Assembly (NCBI RefSeq): GCF_018350175.1
Contig: NC_058368.1
Span: forward strand, 208,756,001-208,820,000
Length of the DNA stretch: 64,000 nucleotides
Reading direction: 5' to 3'
Source: Felis catus
Taxonomy: Eukaryota
Within the stretch, counting starts at the first letter, position 1. Every line of letters starts with the position of its first letter. The notes under the pieces are model-generated. The model was not told the origin of the DNA, ran no database searches, and saw only the letters and a list, made by a program, of their open reading frames with translations. Shown here piece by piece: positions 25,102 to 39,235 of the stretch. The translations under genes were made by a program, and so were the position numbers.

Positions 25102-25933
25102 AAGTGCCCAAACTAAAAACTGTATAGCAGTCATTCAAGAGGGGTGAGAACGAGTGGGCAAAGACGAAGACTGCAGGACCCCTGAGGGCAAGGACTTATG
25201 CAGTTCCCCGCTGACTGTATCCCCTTTGCACGAAGACAATCACCAGTCCTCAATAATACGTGCTGGATGAAAGAAACATCTGTTTGAAACAGATCCTATA
25301 CTGTAATGGTTCTCAGAATGGTCATGAAATCATTAACTTCCAAACTTTTAAAAATATAACTGACCCACTACTATCATTTATTTACCTTTTTCCTTTCCAA
25401 GTAAAAATCCTCAGCCAGCACACATAAACCACAGAGCAAAAAGGGTTTCTGTAAAAGGCTTCCCCCAAGCATGCCGATGACTCTTTGCCCCATTACATAA
25501 AGCCATTTCTCTCCAGCTGCCAGGCTGCTTCTGCAAGAGCCTAGCCAGTTACAGTAGCTGGTGTAAAAGCTAATCTTAGAAAGCACACATCACTTCTCCA
25601 ACCCCGTAATTAAGACCAGAAATCCGTAACTGAGACATTCATAAAACTGGGGTTTCCAAGTGCCAGCTTTGCCTTAAAGTTCTGCAGAATGGGCCAGATT
25701 GGAGGAAGACTGCCCAGACCAATCTGATGGCCAGGCAAATGGGCTCCTGGATGGCCAAGAAACTATGGAAGCAAGCCCAAGCCAGTAATTTCCAAATCTT
25801 CCTCCCCTTCTAGCCAGTGGCTCACAACTTCTCTGTCCACCTTGGATTATTATTAAGTGCCAGAGCTAACCAACTATTAGCAAATCCATAATAGAATAAA
25901 AGATTACTATGGACAAAGGTAGCAATTTGGGGG

Positions 25934-26140
25934 TTCTTTTTTGTTTTTCTTTTTAAGTTTATTTATTTATTTTGAGAGGGGGCGGGGAGCAGAGAGGGAG
26001 AGGGGAGAGAGAGAGAATCCCAAGCAAGCACTGTGTTGTCAGCACACAGCCCGATGCAGGGCTCAAACCCACAAACCACGAGATCGTGACCTAAGACAAG
26101 ATCAAGAGTCACTTAACCAACTGAGCCACCCAGGTGCTCC
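25934..26140 (-). mobile_element. Feline CanSINE
   Basis: Reverse-complement SINE ending ctgagccacccaggtgctcc. Confidence 0.95.
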
Positions 26141-26904
26141 AAATTTTTTGGTTTTTAGATTAATGTCTCCAGTGGCTAGTTGTCAGTGAGAAGGCTTTTA
26201 ATTTCTCAGGATATTTCTATTCTACCAAGTTTATCTTTCACAGAAGGGACAGGTTTCAACCAACTGTTTGTAGTCTTGATAGTTGGATTCAAGTCAGAGA
26301 GGGTTATTAAACTTATTTATACAGTGCTTATTACTAAGTTCTGATTTATTAATGTGCTTATTTCGACAGAGCCATAATAACAACGACTGGGAACCTATAG
26401 CCTCTCCTTCCCAAAGTGCAAACATATACATATGCCTTACCTCTTGACTACAGGCCTTGCATTTGTCTGGACAAAGTGCTGTTATTGGCAGGTCATTCTT
26501 GAATACGCTTTAGGAGTCTGCCTCTTTGATACAGCCAGGAGGATAAAACCGCCCTCTCCACATATGTCTTCAATTGCTGAGATATTCTTTTCCCACCACT
26601 TCCCACTGTGGAGACTTTTTCAATCTGTTTAATACTAGGGAGGAGCCAGGTTGCTATTTTGGGTTTAACTATGAAATATTTATTGAGTTCTAACTTACCA
26701 GGAGCTATTTGAAACCCCGGGGCCTTAGGACTGTAACATTTTTATAAAAATGGGCCCAGAAATTGATCAGTTAATGAGAGAAGGGAAAAGGAAAGTCACC
26801 CTGATTTGAAGGATCAGCAGACCAGGGGGCCTGGGTTATAAGCACCCAGAGGACAGGAAGGGCAACATTTGAGTGTTTCATTCGCTTTTATAGGCACAGA
26901 ATAT

Positions 26905-27030
26905 AAAAACTGAACAGTACCTTACAGATCCTGTGTTATAAACTTTCCATTTTATATGAGGAAACTGAGGCCCAGGGCGTTTAAGTGACAAACCCAGGTC
27001 ACACACCTAATCAGGGGAAAAATCAGAATC
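26905..27030 (-). mobile_element. MIR
   Basis: ccattttatatgaggaaactgaggcccag...aagtgac...ggtcacaca. Confidence 0.8.
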
Positions 27031-27250
27031 AATTTTTTTTTTTACTCTTTTTAAAATTCCAGCAAATGACCATAAGTATCATTTACAGACACAGGGCAGT
27101 GTTTTAGCGTTTGGTGTTGTAGTTACATACAAACCAGATTTCAGAATGTTGAACGTTCCTGCCTCCTGGGGCCCAAATTCGACACATTCATATCAGTAAC
27201 ATTTCTCATTATACATTAGCTCTCAAAAGTAAAGAATCTGTGCTTTATAG

Positions 27251-27457
27251 CAGGGATTCTCAACTTCAGCATTACGGACATTTTTGTGTGGATAATTCTT
27301 GATAATCTTTCATGTGGACATAAGAGGGCATGCATTATAAAATGCGTTGCAGCATCTCTGGCCTCTACCCAGGAGATGCCAGTAGCTTCTAGTTTGGTTC
27401 TCCAGACACTGCCAAATGTCCCCTGGGGAGCTAAATCGCCCCAATTTAGAGCCACTG
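27251..27457 (-). mobile_element. MER20 hAT-Charlie MITE
   Basis: cagggattctcaac...gcagcatctctggcctctaccca...tctccagacactgccaaatgtcccctgggg...gagccactg. Confidence 0.85.
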
Positions 27458-27809
27458 ATTTCAAGCAAAATTAATATGATACCTGTTCAAAGCTTTATAA
27501 GCATCATTGAACTGCATGATATATTTGTATTAATGGTGAGGAAGTAACACCTAGAGACATAAACAGAAAGACCTGATATTGTCACTCCAGTACCTATAAC
27601 CATTCCTGGTACAAAAAACTAGTATTACGTCTTCTTAGAAATTAATATAATTAATAATTGATACTTATTACTAAAAAATGTTAGTTTATGAGTTAATAAA
27701 AATCCTCGGAATGCTTCAAGTCTACATGAAAATAATTTTCTTTCATTTCTTATTCCTAGTGCACAGGTGGAATTCTTTGCCTAATGGTCATTGCAGTTCT
27801 TTTTAAAAA

Positions 27810-28870
27810 CCTACATCAAACTAAAAAGTTTTGCATAGCAAAAGAAATCATCAACAAGGCAAAAAGGCAACCCAGAAGACACTTACAAATGGCATATCTG
27901 ATAAGGAGTCAATATCCAAAATACATAAAGAACACAACACAACTCAACACCAGAAAAATCAAATAATCTAGTTAAAATGGGCAGAAGATCTGAATAGACA
28001 TTTTTCCATAGAAGGCATACAGATGGCCAACAGACACATGAAAAGGTGCTCAACATCCCTAATCATCAGGGAAATGCAAATCAAAACCACAATGAGATAT
28101 CATCTCAAATCTGTCAGAATGGCTAGTATCAAAAAAACAAGAAATGATAAGTGTTGGCGAGGATATGGAGAAAAGGGAACCATCACACACTGTTGGTGGG
28201 AATGGAAATTGATGCAGCCACTATGGATAACACCATGGATGTTCCTCAAAAAACTAAAAATAGAAGTACTACACAATTCCACTGCTGGGTATTTACCCAA
28301 AGAAAACAAAAGCACTAATGCAGAAAGATAGATGTACACCTTGTATATTGCAGCATTATTTACAATGGCCAATTTATGGAAGTAGCCCAAGTGTCCATTG
28401 ATAGGTGAACGGATAAAGAAAATGTGGTATACATTTACAATGGAATATTATTCAACCATGCAAATCTTGCCATTTGTAACAACATGGACAGACCTAGAGG
28501 GTATTATACTAAGTAAAATAAGCCACACATAGAAAGACAAGTACTATACAATTTCACTTATATGTGGCAACTAAAACACAAAACAAAAACAACAAAGACA
28601 GAAACAGACTCATAAACACAGAGAAAAAACTGATGGTTACCAAAGGGGAGGGCAGTGAAGGGATGAGCAAAATGAGTGAAGGGAATTAAGAGATACAAAC
28701 TTCCAGTTACAAAATAAATGTCATGGGGATGAAAAGTACAGCATAAGGAATGTAGTCAAAAATATCGTTATACGCTCATCGTGGTGAGCAATTTGTAATG
28801 TATATATAGAATCACTATTTTGTACACCTGAAAATAATTTCATATTACATGTCAACTATACTTCAATTCA
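27810..28870 (+). mobile_element. LINE-1 3' fragment (L1_Carn/L1MA-like) with an ORF2 C-terminal remnant
   Basis: ORF 28023-28331 ([24 protein letters not shown]...CWWE) matches the L1 ORF2p Cys-rich C-terminus; the 3' UTR follows. Confidence 0.93.
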
Positions 28871-29188
28871 ACAGGTTTTTTATTTTAAAAATCATAACCT
28901 GAAGAGTATACAAAGTATATAAATGTGGAATAAAAACAATCCCTCCAAATAACAATTCAGAACAAAAACCACATTCACATTTGATCCTTTAGCAAATTAA
29001 AATTCATTTTGATTATTGGGCAAACACCCTCAGGTAGATTAGCTTGCGTTAGTGCAGTCAGATGGCACCTAGCTCTAGCTAATGAAGACCTAAGTGGTTA
29101 TGTGGGGTGTAGAGAGGGGATAGGGTCTTGGCATTTCAGAATACCAGTTTCATTTCATTTAAACTCACAGTTTAAATGTGAGCTTAAT

Positions 29189-29314
29189 GAGCACCTGGGT
29201 GTTTCAGTAAGTTGAGCATCTGACTCTTGATTTCAGCTCAGGTCGTGACCCCAGGGTCATGGGATTGACTCCTGCATTGGGTTCCATGCTGAACGGGGAG
29301 CCAGCTTGACATTG

Positions 29315-29358
<44 letters not shown>

Positions 29359-29425
29359 CCTCCCCCTGTGAGCTCTCTTCTCTCTAAAACAAAAATAATA
29401 AAAAATTAATAATAATAATAATAAA
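29189..29425 (+). mobile_element. CanSINE (Fc2-like)
   Basis: gcacctgggtg...gagcatctgactcttgatttcagctcaggtc, (CT)n, A-rich tail. Confidence 0.93.
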
Positions 29426-30634
29426 TGAATTTAAAACATAAACTCCCAGTATGATACAACTCCAAAGTCCTAGGGGATGTACCCATTTGTAACTTGGTTA
29501 AGGTACCAATCTGAAGCTGGAACAAAGCCCTGACAGCTGATCAGAGACCATGGTTGGACTCACTTCCACTGATCTCTTCTAGCTGAAGACATGTGCAAAC
29601 TAACTCTGGCAGGTGATTTTTAAAAATTTGTTTCTATGTGAAAAATGCTATCAAGTGAGAGATTAAACTTCAGGGAAATTTGGAAAAGTGGTTAACTACA
29701 ATTAACAAGCAATGTGAGGGCAAGCACAGGAACATTTAACTCTCTGTGGAAATATGAAGTAAGAGTAAATCAAGACTTTATACATTTTCTTATTCTCATT
29801 TTATTCTCAAATTTAGGGAGTCAGAAAGTTCTAGAGAATCATCCTCTGGATCCTTGATGGTCTATTGTAAACTCTCGCTAACACAAGAGCACACTGGGAT
29901 GGGAGTCCAATGAGTCAGGGTCCAGACTGAAGGGCGTTGAGCACCCTGAGATCACGGGCTTGCCGCAGGAGTGGCTAGGAGGTGGAAGCCAAATGCAGGC
30001 TCACTTAGCATTTCTGCCTTTCCAGAACTGCCTTCCCAAGTCATTCTCTTTTAACTTAAGTGTGGCTGAGGAACAGACTCCTGCCATGGTGAATTCGTTC
30101 TAGAGTCGTAGATATGAAAGAGCAGCCTAGGGTCAAGTTTGGACGCTAGGTCTTCTGCTTCCCAGACCCCATAAAAGCCCTCTGACGATGGAAGGATACA
30201 AATGTCAGGAAGACCAGGCATGGGGAGGCCCAGGCAGTGCTATTCCAGGGGGCTAGTAGGAGAAAGAAAGATGCCTGTTCCATGGAGTCATTGGCCAGGG
30301 TGATGGTGTATGTGTTTTCAGGGCTCACAAAGCTCTTCTTCTCTTCTTCCCTGCTAGAGCCACCACTGAGGCAACCAAGAACCCAGATCATCAGTGCCTT
30401 GGGCTGTGCAATCTCCTCTCTCACATCCTTTCCCTAAAACCTAGAGGAACAAACCAGCTGTAGATCTTATTTCAAAGGGACAAAGGAATAGACTGCCTGC
30501 TTGATTGCACTCCCAGCAGCTCCAAATCTCTGACTAACCATGGTTCCCACATAAGCCAGCCGAAACGTACTCACACTTGGTTCTACCACCATTCACCAAG
30601 CTGGAGAGAATGCCACAATTGTCCTTCTGCAGAA

Positions 30635-30845
30635 AGATTCACTGCCCCATGATGTGCCAGGCGCTTTATATTATTGTCTTATTTATACTTTGTAACAGCC
30701 CCCTTTATAACAACATGGCAAAGTGCATTTTCTAAATGAGGAAGTGGAAGAAAGGAGAAGTTACATAATTTGCCTGAGGTTGCACCAACATGAAGTGATC
30801 TGGCTAGGACAGAACCAAGTCTAAGACCTGTGCTGTCTCCATGGC
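30635..30845 (-). mobile_element. MIR
   Basis: atgtgccaggcgctttata...catttt..aaatgaggaa...aatttgcctgaggttgcac. Confidence 0.7.
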
Positions 30846-31587
30846 AGCAAGGGATATTCAAGACCCAAGAGAGATGGAATATTTCAAACGAATCCAAATG
30901 GGAGTTGGAGCCCCTCCTGCCTGACTTGTTCCTGGGAAGACCTGGAAAATCCCACCAGAGCTATGCCTCTCCACACCACCTGCCATATTGATACGCCAGC
31001 TATCAGTGCTACCCCGAGAGCGTCCTTGAAAGTGCCCCTGGATCCAGACTTCCCACCACACCCAATCCAGGACTTCCAGAGATTCAGTGCAGCCAGTTTC
31101 TCAAAGAAAGCCTCACATCTCAACCTAATACCTCGGGTACAGAGACTGCAGGACCGTTCTTGGAGTTGGGGACAGATGCATAGCCTTGGCCCAACTACAG
31201 GCCCAGAGACTCATTTATTACTTTCCCATGGCTGCTACAACACATTACCACAAATTTAGATTTGTATGTACAGTAGGAAAGATTTAGGTTAGGTTAGACA
31301 ATTGGAAGAACTTGCCCAAATAATATGGATTGAGTTAGACCATTAGATTAAAAAGAATGAGGCACCAGAACAGAATTGTCTTTCCTTGGAATCTTTCACA
31401 ATACAAACCCAGGAGCTAACTAATGTTCACAAATTAACATTCACAAACTGACCTGTGTCTTCTTCATTAGTGCTGTCATATCACTCATCCTTCCCACAGC
31501 CCCAGGGACCTAGAATGGGGGAGAGGGCAGAGAGGGGAGCTGCCACTACCTCCCAGAGGGAGTCAAACCCCAGAGTCAGCTCCCAAC

Positions 31588-31770
31588 CTGTGGTTCTCAA
31601 AACTCAGTGGGCATCAGAATCACCAGGAGGGTTTATTTAAAAACAGATTGCTGGCGCCAGCCTCCAAGTTTCTAATTCGGCAGGTAGGTCATGGTGGGAT
31701 CTGAGAATTTGCGTTTCTAACCAATTTCCAGGTGATGCCGATGCTGCTGGTGGGGACCTCACTCTGGGAC
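31588..31770. mobile_element. MER5A
   Basis: gtggttctcaaa...gcatcagaatcaccaggaggg...gagaatttgcgtttctaac...ccaggtgatgccgatgctgctggt. Confidence 0.9.
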
Positions 31771-32332
31771 GTGTCAGTGTACTTACTGTGTATTGTACCC
31801 CCGCCACCCTGTTCCCATATACATCTCAATTTAGAAGAGATCTGGGCTTCCTCCCACCCCTGTGGAATGTTCCGGGGTCTACAGGATGGCCAAGTGCACC
31901 TTCTCCAGTTTTTCTTAGAACAGTCTCTCGAGATCTTGCTGGAGCCTTTATCTTTCACAAAAGAGGCGCTGGCCCTCTCTCCCTGCCTCAGATGAGATCA
32001 GGTCCTTTCTTTTCTCTGAAAAGACACTAATCTTGAGAGCTTGCAGAGGATGTGAGTCGCCTATTTACCAAGCCGCCACTGGCTTGGCACCGATGTTTGC
32101 TTAACCTTTGCTCAGCTGCCGCCTTCTGAGGATATTCTTGCCCCGCCCTTGGCCAGGCTCATGTTTTTCAAGTTCAGTCCTGAAATCCTCTTATTTACCA
32201 GTTTGAGGAATTTGGGTTTCTTTCCTGCACGTGCCTCTTTTGGACTCCCCACCTCTGCTGTTCTCCATCCCCCAGCAGCAGAGGGCCAGAGGACAGGGAC
32301 GACCTGAAAAGGCTGTCCCAGCAGGGAGAGGC

Positions 32333-32500
32333 ATTTTATCACTCTACAGTGCACTGCTGGCACCTGATGATAGCAACAATCCGTATGCTTTATTACTGTT
32401 TTTAAATTCTCCACAGACAATGCACTCCCATCCCCTCCCCCTATGGTCTGCACCTGGGACAGATGGTTCCCACCCACCCGCACCTTGGTACACCAAGGCC
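32333..32500 (-). mobile_element. hAT-Tip100 fragment (MER96B-like)
   Basis: tttttaaattctccacagacaatgcactcc...ctgcacctggg...ccttggtacacca. Confidence 0.65.
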
Positions 32501-32873
32501 ACACAGCGTTGCTATTCTAGAAGCCTTTGAGTTGAGCACCATCCTTAAAAGGACTGTTGTCACAAGGTTCCCTGGGAGCAGGAGTCAGGGTCTAGATACC
32601 AGTCCCCTCCTTGTCCCAGGAGACTTCGTGCGGCTTCCCCTTTTCACCACCACCACCACCAACCTCCACAAGCGATCAGCCTCAGTGCCCCAGGTTCACG
32701 CTTATTCATGTCTGCTTGCTGTTGCCTTCTCTCCTCAGCCCATCACCCATCAAAACCTGCCCAACCTCCTGCCCATGTAACAAAATGATCTGACAAACTC
32801 ATCCTCCCTAAGGCCTTCATGGAGAGGCAGAACTGCTCCCAGACCTTGCTGCACCTAAAATAACAGGCCTCCT

Positions 32874-33077
32874 GGGGCGCCTGGGTGGCTCAGACGGTTG
32901 GGCGTCCGACTCTTGGTTTCAGCTCAGGTCCTGATCTCACAGTTCATGGGTTCAAGCCCTGCGTCGGGCTCGGTGCTGATGGCTGAGTCTGCTTAGGATT
33001 CTCTCTTTCCCTCTCTCTGTCCCTCCCTCCACCCTCTCTCTCTCTCTCTCAAAATAAATAAATAAACATTTTTTTTT
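32874..33077 (+). mobile_element. Feline CanSINE
   Basis: Canonical head, (CT)n and aataaa tail. Confidence 0.95.
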
Positions 33078-34289
33078 AATAGCAAGATTCCTAGGTAGAA
33101 GGGTGTCTGTTTGCAAAAGATTATATTGGTAGTGGTGGCAATGAAGCATTTTGAGGCTTTAAGAAGGGTCAGTATGAAAAAAAATAGCCTCTGAACAGGA
33201 TGCTAGGATCACCTTGTGTATGTGGATTCTGAATGCCCTATGGCACCAGCCTTCTTTTAATATCCAAACAAAATGTCCTGAGCCCACATCCCATGGGAAT
33301 ACAGTACTCTCCTCAGGATTCCCAGGGGAGGGCATGTTGGGGGGCGGGGGACGGAACTTGAGGTCTCCTAGCTACCCCACACTTAAGTCCTCCCTTCCAG
33401 AGACTTCCTGGTCTGTAGTCGCCATCTTGCCTCCTGCCTCTGTGTTCTCCTCTGAACACCTGTATGTGCTCTCCTCCTAGGACATTACCCCCTCTTTCAA
33501 TCCCATAGTCATACTGTTAGGGAAAGGTGGGGAAAAAAACAGAAAAGAGCTTAAAATTGAATATTGGTTATCAGTGTTCTTAAAGTTGCTGTTCTATCCC
33601 CACCACTCTTGCCTCTCGAGCTGAATCTCTCCTTGCTCATCTTCTCCCCATATTCCAGGTTCCAAATCCCTGTTTCTCCCTCTACCCTCAAACTGCCGAG
33701 GGAAAACTGAAGTTTCTGTTACTTTATTATACAGACATGTTTAAGTTTGAACTACCCCTTTCTAGGGACTTTGGGGCCTCTTCTACTCATCTGCTTAATA
33801 AGGTTTCCTTAACAAAGAACTGCCTTTCCCTGGCATGAAATCTTCTGTTCCCAGCACACAGGGAAGCTACAACGGTCATTTCTGTTTTGAAAGAGCAATT
33901 TTCCCTTCCCTGTTACATAGGCAATTTCCTCTTCTGCCTAGAGCCTCACTTTGATTCCTAAACCATAAGAAGTTTTCTTTGTGCCAATTCACTTTTTTCA
34001 ATTACTTACATATATTTTTTCATAATTTCATAAAACCATGTCATATGTTATTGAAAATAAAGAACACAATCCCATCACCCTTACAGGCATCTGTATTTTC
34101 AAAGGCTCCATTTCAGTCTCTGTCTACCCAGGCATATTTTAAGGCATCTCTGTTTTCCTTGTCTGTTTTTTGATTTTACATACTACAAACAACTTTCTAT
34201 GCCTTCACTGCTATTTTTTTTAACAGTTGCAGAACATTCCATTGGGTTACTGCCCCACAGTTTAGCTACACATTCCCCATCACAAAAGC

Positions 34290-34401
34290 AGCGACTTTTG
34301 TCTTGTTCACTGATGTATCCCAAACAGTGGGAAACAGCGTTTAGCATGTAATAAGATCTCAGTAAATATTTGTTGAATTGAATGAATGAGTGAATGAATG
34401 A
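34290..34401 (+). mobile_element. L2 3' terminus
   Basis: ctcagtaaatatttgttgaattgaatgaatgagtgaatgaatga. Confidence 0.85.
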
Positions 34402-34569
34402 GACAGGTTGTTTCTAATTTCTTATTGCTATAGGCAGATGCAATAAACATCTTCATGCATACTACATTTGTCTTTAGCTTACTATTTCCCTGGTATAATT
34501 GTTTCCCTGATATTAGAAACTGCTTTTAACCCATTAATAAAAAATAGTAGCAGCAGCAGCAGCAGTGAT

Positions 34570-34810
34570 TATAATAGCTAACATTTACTGAGCAGTTACT
34601 ACATGCCAGGCTCTGTGCTAAGAGCTTTATACCCAAATTGTCATGGACTCCTTACAACATCCTTATGAGAAAAGTACAAATTACCCTCATTTTACAGATG
34701 AAAAAGCAAAAGATTGTTACTTGCCCAAGATCACATAGCTTATACAGGGCAGAGATGGGACTTGAACTAAGGTCTATCCCACTCCACATTCTGAGGTCTT
34801 AACTATAATG
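34570..34810 (-). mobile_element. MIR
   Basis: atagctaacatttactgagc...ccctcattttacagatga...acttgcccaagatcacatagct. Confidence 0.9.
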
Positions 34811-34894
34811 ACTTATAAGATCAAAGGGTACAAGTGAGCTTATGACTCTTGGTACATGCCATGCTGCTTCAGAAAGGACCATGGCCATACACCT

Positions 34895-35185
34895 TATTTT
34901 AAGGTATATCACTTACAAGGTGCATAGACTCCAGTTTTGTTTTTTATTCACTATGACAACCTTTACCTTTCAATTGTAATATTTAGTTCACTAACATTTA
35001 ATGTGATAACTGGCTCATTTCTATTCAAATACCCTACCTTACTATCTGTCCAAACTGTTCTGTGTTCCTTTTCTCTTTTTTCTTGCCTTTATCCAGATTG
35101 GTTTTGTCTCTTTAAATTGCATCTTTCCTTTCTAGTAGCTGGGGGGGGGGGGGGTATATATTCTTTTATTCTTTTTAGAGGTTAT
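34895..35185 (-). mobile_element. Ancient L1M fragment
   Basis: ttttttattcactatgacaacct...tttagttcactaacatttaatgtgata. Confidence 0.6.
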
Positions 35186-35712
35186 CGGAAAAGGGTCTTT
35201 ATTATAAAATCTCCTGGCATTCAATAAATACAACTATTGGCACATTTTTTTGCTAGATACTCATTAATCAACCTAAATTAAATAATCTCCTAGAGCCCTC
35301 TTCTCCCTACACGACATTGTGGGTCATGCAGAATTCCCTATACATAGGTAGTGCCAACTTCTGGCTGTAAAATATTAAGCAGCTCCTGTTGTCCTCAAAG
35401 GCGTTCAATCCAGTACAAACAAGCAGGTGAATCATTCAATACCCAAAATCAGATGGCCATCAGTGTAAGACACAACCTGAGCACAGGCTGATGGCAGAGA
35501 TGACCTCAAACCCAGCCCATGCCATAGACAAGCCCAGCCTGCCTCATGCTGCCCTGACAAACCTCAGAAGACCCTTTCTTGGAAATAGAACCATCCTCTA
35601 ATGATCTGGTCCAAAATATCGTTCATCCTTGCAGAGGATATGGTAACCTTTTAATTATTCATTCGAACTGAGGGCATCCAAATATCCCTTATTCTTGGCT
35701 TTGGACTATAGT

Positions 35713-35927
35713 GTTTGTTTTTTTAACATTTATTTATTATTGAGAGACAGAGAGAGACAGAGCGTGAGCAGGGGAGGGGCAGAGGGAGAGGGAGACAGAA
35801 TCTGAAGTAGGCTCCAGGCTCTGAGCTGTCGGCACAGAGCCCGACGTGGGGCTCGAACTCATGAACCGCGAGACCATGACCTGAGCTGAAGTCGGATGCT
35901 TAACCGACTAAGCCACCCCAGCGCCCC
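35713..35927 (-). mobile_element. Feline CanSINE with TSD tggactatagt
   Basis: Near-consensus body; TSD at 35702-35712 and 35928-35938. Confidence 0.97.
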
Positions 35928-36724
35928 TGGACTATAGTTTTATATTTACATTTGAGATGTTCTCAAACTTTAACAATAAAATGAAGCCATGTTGAAAAGC
36001 GCTGGAGCAAAATAGGCTTGAAAATAGCCTAAGACTTTCATCCTCCCTCCAACCTGCTGCTAATACATTCAGCGTTTAGGGTGGGGTGCCGGTTGTCTAA
36101 GACCCCAGGGTATCTATGCATGCACTTCAGTAATAAAGTTGTCTAGGAATTCCTAAAAATGATCTCCCTATGACCACAGACACGAAAAGTGAGAATGGAA
36201 AACATCTCTAGCCGAGGAAGTGAGCTATTTCTGTTCCTTTAGAGTATGATTTTGAATCTGTTGACAAAGCTTTGCTGTCTTCTCTGGAGTCAGGAAAGGT
36301 CAGTTTGAGGTTAAGCCCAAGTGAACGGTCCATGATGAAATAAACACAGCACAACCCAGGGCTATGTACAATGTTATTCTTTTACCTTCTTCCTGGAATT
36401 TCAGAGGTTGTGCAAATGGAATACAGAAGTGGACAAAATAATGTAACAGTGCAAAATAATACCAGGGGTGAAATCTGCTTACTTGATGATTCAAAGAAAT
36501 AAAATACACTTTAACTATGGATCTGTCCATCTCTGCTCCCTGCTCCCTGATAAGCGTCCCTTCCCCAAAAAAGAAAATCTTCTACTTTCTCTTATCTTTT
36601 CTTCCTTTCCTTAAGATTTTTGTTTCTAAAACTCTTTATCCCTCTCTCTCTTTTCTAGACACATACAGAGACAGAAACTTAGGATGTTAGAACTGGGTGG
36701 GAGAGCTGAACAATCAGCAAAGCC

Positions 36725-37340
36725 AGAGCTATTCAAACTTCTTTTAAACCAAAAGATATGATTATTTATTAAAACTTATTTGTAAGCTATGCTAGCTATG
36801 ACTATAATAATGCTGTGTAACAAACCACTCCCCAAAACAAAATGCTTTTAACAACATTTATTCTCATGCTTACAGATTGCAGATTGAGGGTAATAAACGA
36901 GTGTAGGTGGGACTCAGGCTATGGTCAGGTTTGGGTCTGCTGCACAACTCTCTCTTTCTTTCTACTGTGACTACCTGTGGGCACATTCTCCTAGCAAATG
37001 AAAGAGCACAAGAGGCAAGACAAATCCTGCAAGTACATTTGAAACCTCTACCTATGTCACATCCTCTCATATTCCATTGGTCGGGGTAAATCTCATGGCC
37101 AAACCCAAAGTCAGTAGGACAGGAGAGTACAGTCTGCTGTAAGGAAGACAGGGCAGGGAGTGATTGTTAGCTGACCAATAATCCAATCTATCACAGAAAC
37201 CAAATATATAAAATAGACATAGGTGATTCTTTGCTAGTTGAATGAGGGATCAAGGGAGCCTAGACCCCATCCTGTTCCCCAACTCCAATGTCCCAATGAG
37301 TCCTCTGGCAATGCCGGGGACTTCAAAGAACATGGCATGA
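36725..37340 (-). mobile_element. MER103C-like MITE split by an MLT1 LTR
   Basis: ttcaaacttctttta before the LTR; ccaaatatataaaatagac...gttgaa after it. Confidence 0.5.
36781..37195 (-). mobile_element. MaLR LTR (MLT1I/J-like)
   Basis: ataatgctgtgtaacaaaccac...cacatcctctcatattccattgg...catggccaaacccaaagtcagt...aataatccaatctatcaca. Confidence 0.8.
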
Positions 37341-38407
37341 AATGCAAGGCAAACCCACTCACTTCAGAGACAAGAAAACTGAGGTGCAAACAATTCTAAC
37401 AACTTGTCTACCATCTGAGAAGGATCAGGCATGAGACCACAAGTGAGAGGACCTTTTCTAGGAGTTTTCAAATCTGATGACAACCGGTCATTTTCCAGTC
37501 TCAAGTCATAGCTACAGAGATTACAACAGTTACATAGTTTACGATTTGTGTAAATTGCTTGCAGGTGGAGAAAATGTTCACAAACAAGGTAGCATAGCAA
37601 ATGAGAAGAAGAGGGAGGGGCGAATACAGTTCTGACTACCAAATCCCAAACTACTCATTTCACAGTACAAAACTCAAAACCAGCTGCTTCCATTCCTGGC
37701 TACCCATCCATGATTTCACATGGGTTAGAGCAATGATGGACAAAATAAGAGAGCACGTGGCTGAGTTAAATTCTAAATGCATCTTTGGTGAAGGCAATTC
37801 TCAAATTCACGAACAGAAACTATATGATAATTATATTTGTTGGTAAATGAAGCCTTCAGAAGCCAGAGTATTAGGAAGAGGGTAGAAGCTTTCCCAGGGC
37901 TGTAACTCCTGAGCCCTTTAGAGTCACCAAGGGGATTGCCCACCATCTGAGGATTTGGCCACCAAAGAGACCTATAGGTCCAGCTAGAGGATTTAGCAGG
38001 AATAGGCGTCAGAAGTAGAGAGTAGGGTCAATACCAAGAAAAGAGCCATTCAAAGAGACACCAGGGCGAGGTCAGAGGCACACCAGAATCCCAAAGAGGG
38101 ACAGGTGTCTTCAGCCTTCCCCAGCCCCTGTGCAAAGTCAAGGATTAGTGGACGAGACGTGAGCCTTCAGTGCTTAGGGGGTAGAGGGGATGTCAAAGAC
38201 TCCAGCTTCTGAGGATGAGATGAAATGGCCAGGCTATTCCTTGACCTGAGCGTATAAAGGGCTCTGGTGTCCAGTCTTCAGCTGCCCCTTGGCTCAGGTA
38301 TGGTTACCCTTGCCTCTCCCCACTTGAAATGTTAAAGGTGAGTGTCATGCACAGGCCATTCTAGGCGATGAAGCTTTTACTCCACCTGAGCTACGTGAGG
38401 CCCCCAC

Positions 38408-39015
38408 CGTGGTGACCATGTCCCGTGTCACAAGAACTAAACAATGCCCCAGAGTTCCTTCCCTGTATGGCTCTGAATTCAGGCTGGCAACAAGAGAAAT
38501 CTGCATGAGATTTGGAAGGCAGGGTGAAGCAGTGACCACCCCACTCGGGAGGTCTGATTAGGGCACCAGGCACAGCAGGAGCCCACACATGCTGTCTCAG
38601 ACCTGCTGGCTCACCTGGGTGCTGTGGACACTGGCTGGGCCCACAGCATCTCCACTGCCCACTGGGTCTCCTCCAGCTTCTCTGGTTCCTGGTCCAGGTG
38701 CATGTGTGGCTCTGCAGTGATGGGTACCCACTTGTCCTTCAGGTCACCTGTGTTATCAAGATTGGAGGCGGTGAGAGTGAGAGGCAGGTTCCAGTCTGTT
38801 CTTGCTCTCCCCCACTTCATATCCAACTTTCCATCCCACGTGCAGGCCCTGCTGACCTGTAGAAACTTTAGGCCCAACATCAGACACAGAGGCAACAGCC
38901 TTGCATAGACTTTTCCACTGGCTTCCACATTGAGGAAGTCTAATCTCTATAATAAATCCCTTATTCCATGTCACCCAGAGTAGCTCTGCTTTCCTCACCA
39001 AATGCTAACTGATCC
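38408..39015 (+). mobile_element. ERVL LTR (LTR41/LTR52-like)
   Basis: ccttccctgtatgg...aagagaaatctgcatgagatttggaaggcag; ends ctataataaatcccttattc...ctaactgatcca. Confidence 0.75.
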
Positions 39016-39139
39016 AACCAGCTATTGCCATTGCCTCAGCAAATGCAAACAAAGATACTTCTGTCTGGCTCACCATGTGGTTCCTCTGAACAGAACATCG
39101 ATACTTCCTCCAAGCTTCTGCTTTCTTGACTGAACTTTT

Positions 39140-39235
39140 ATCACCACCAAACCATCATCACCACCATTATGGTCACCATCACCTCCACCACCCCCAAGTG
39201 ACCGTGGCTGCTACCACCATCACCATCACCACCAC
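39140..39235. repeat. (CACCAT)n-like simple repeat
   Basis: Repeated cac/cat triplets. Confidence 0.75.

Noticed and set aside
28023..28331. 102-aa ORF with real protein similarity
   Set aside because: It is a truncated, frameshifted LINE-1 ORF2p C-terminus, not a host CDS.
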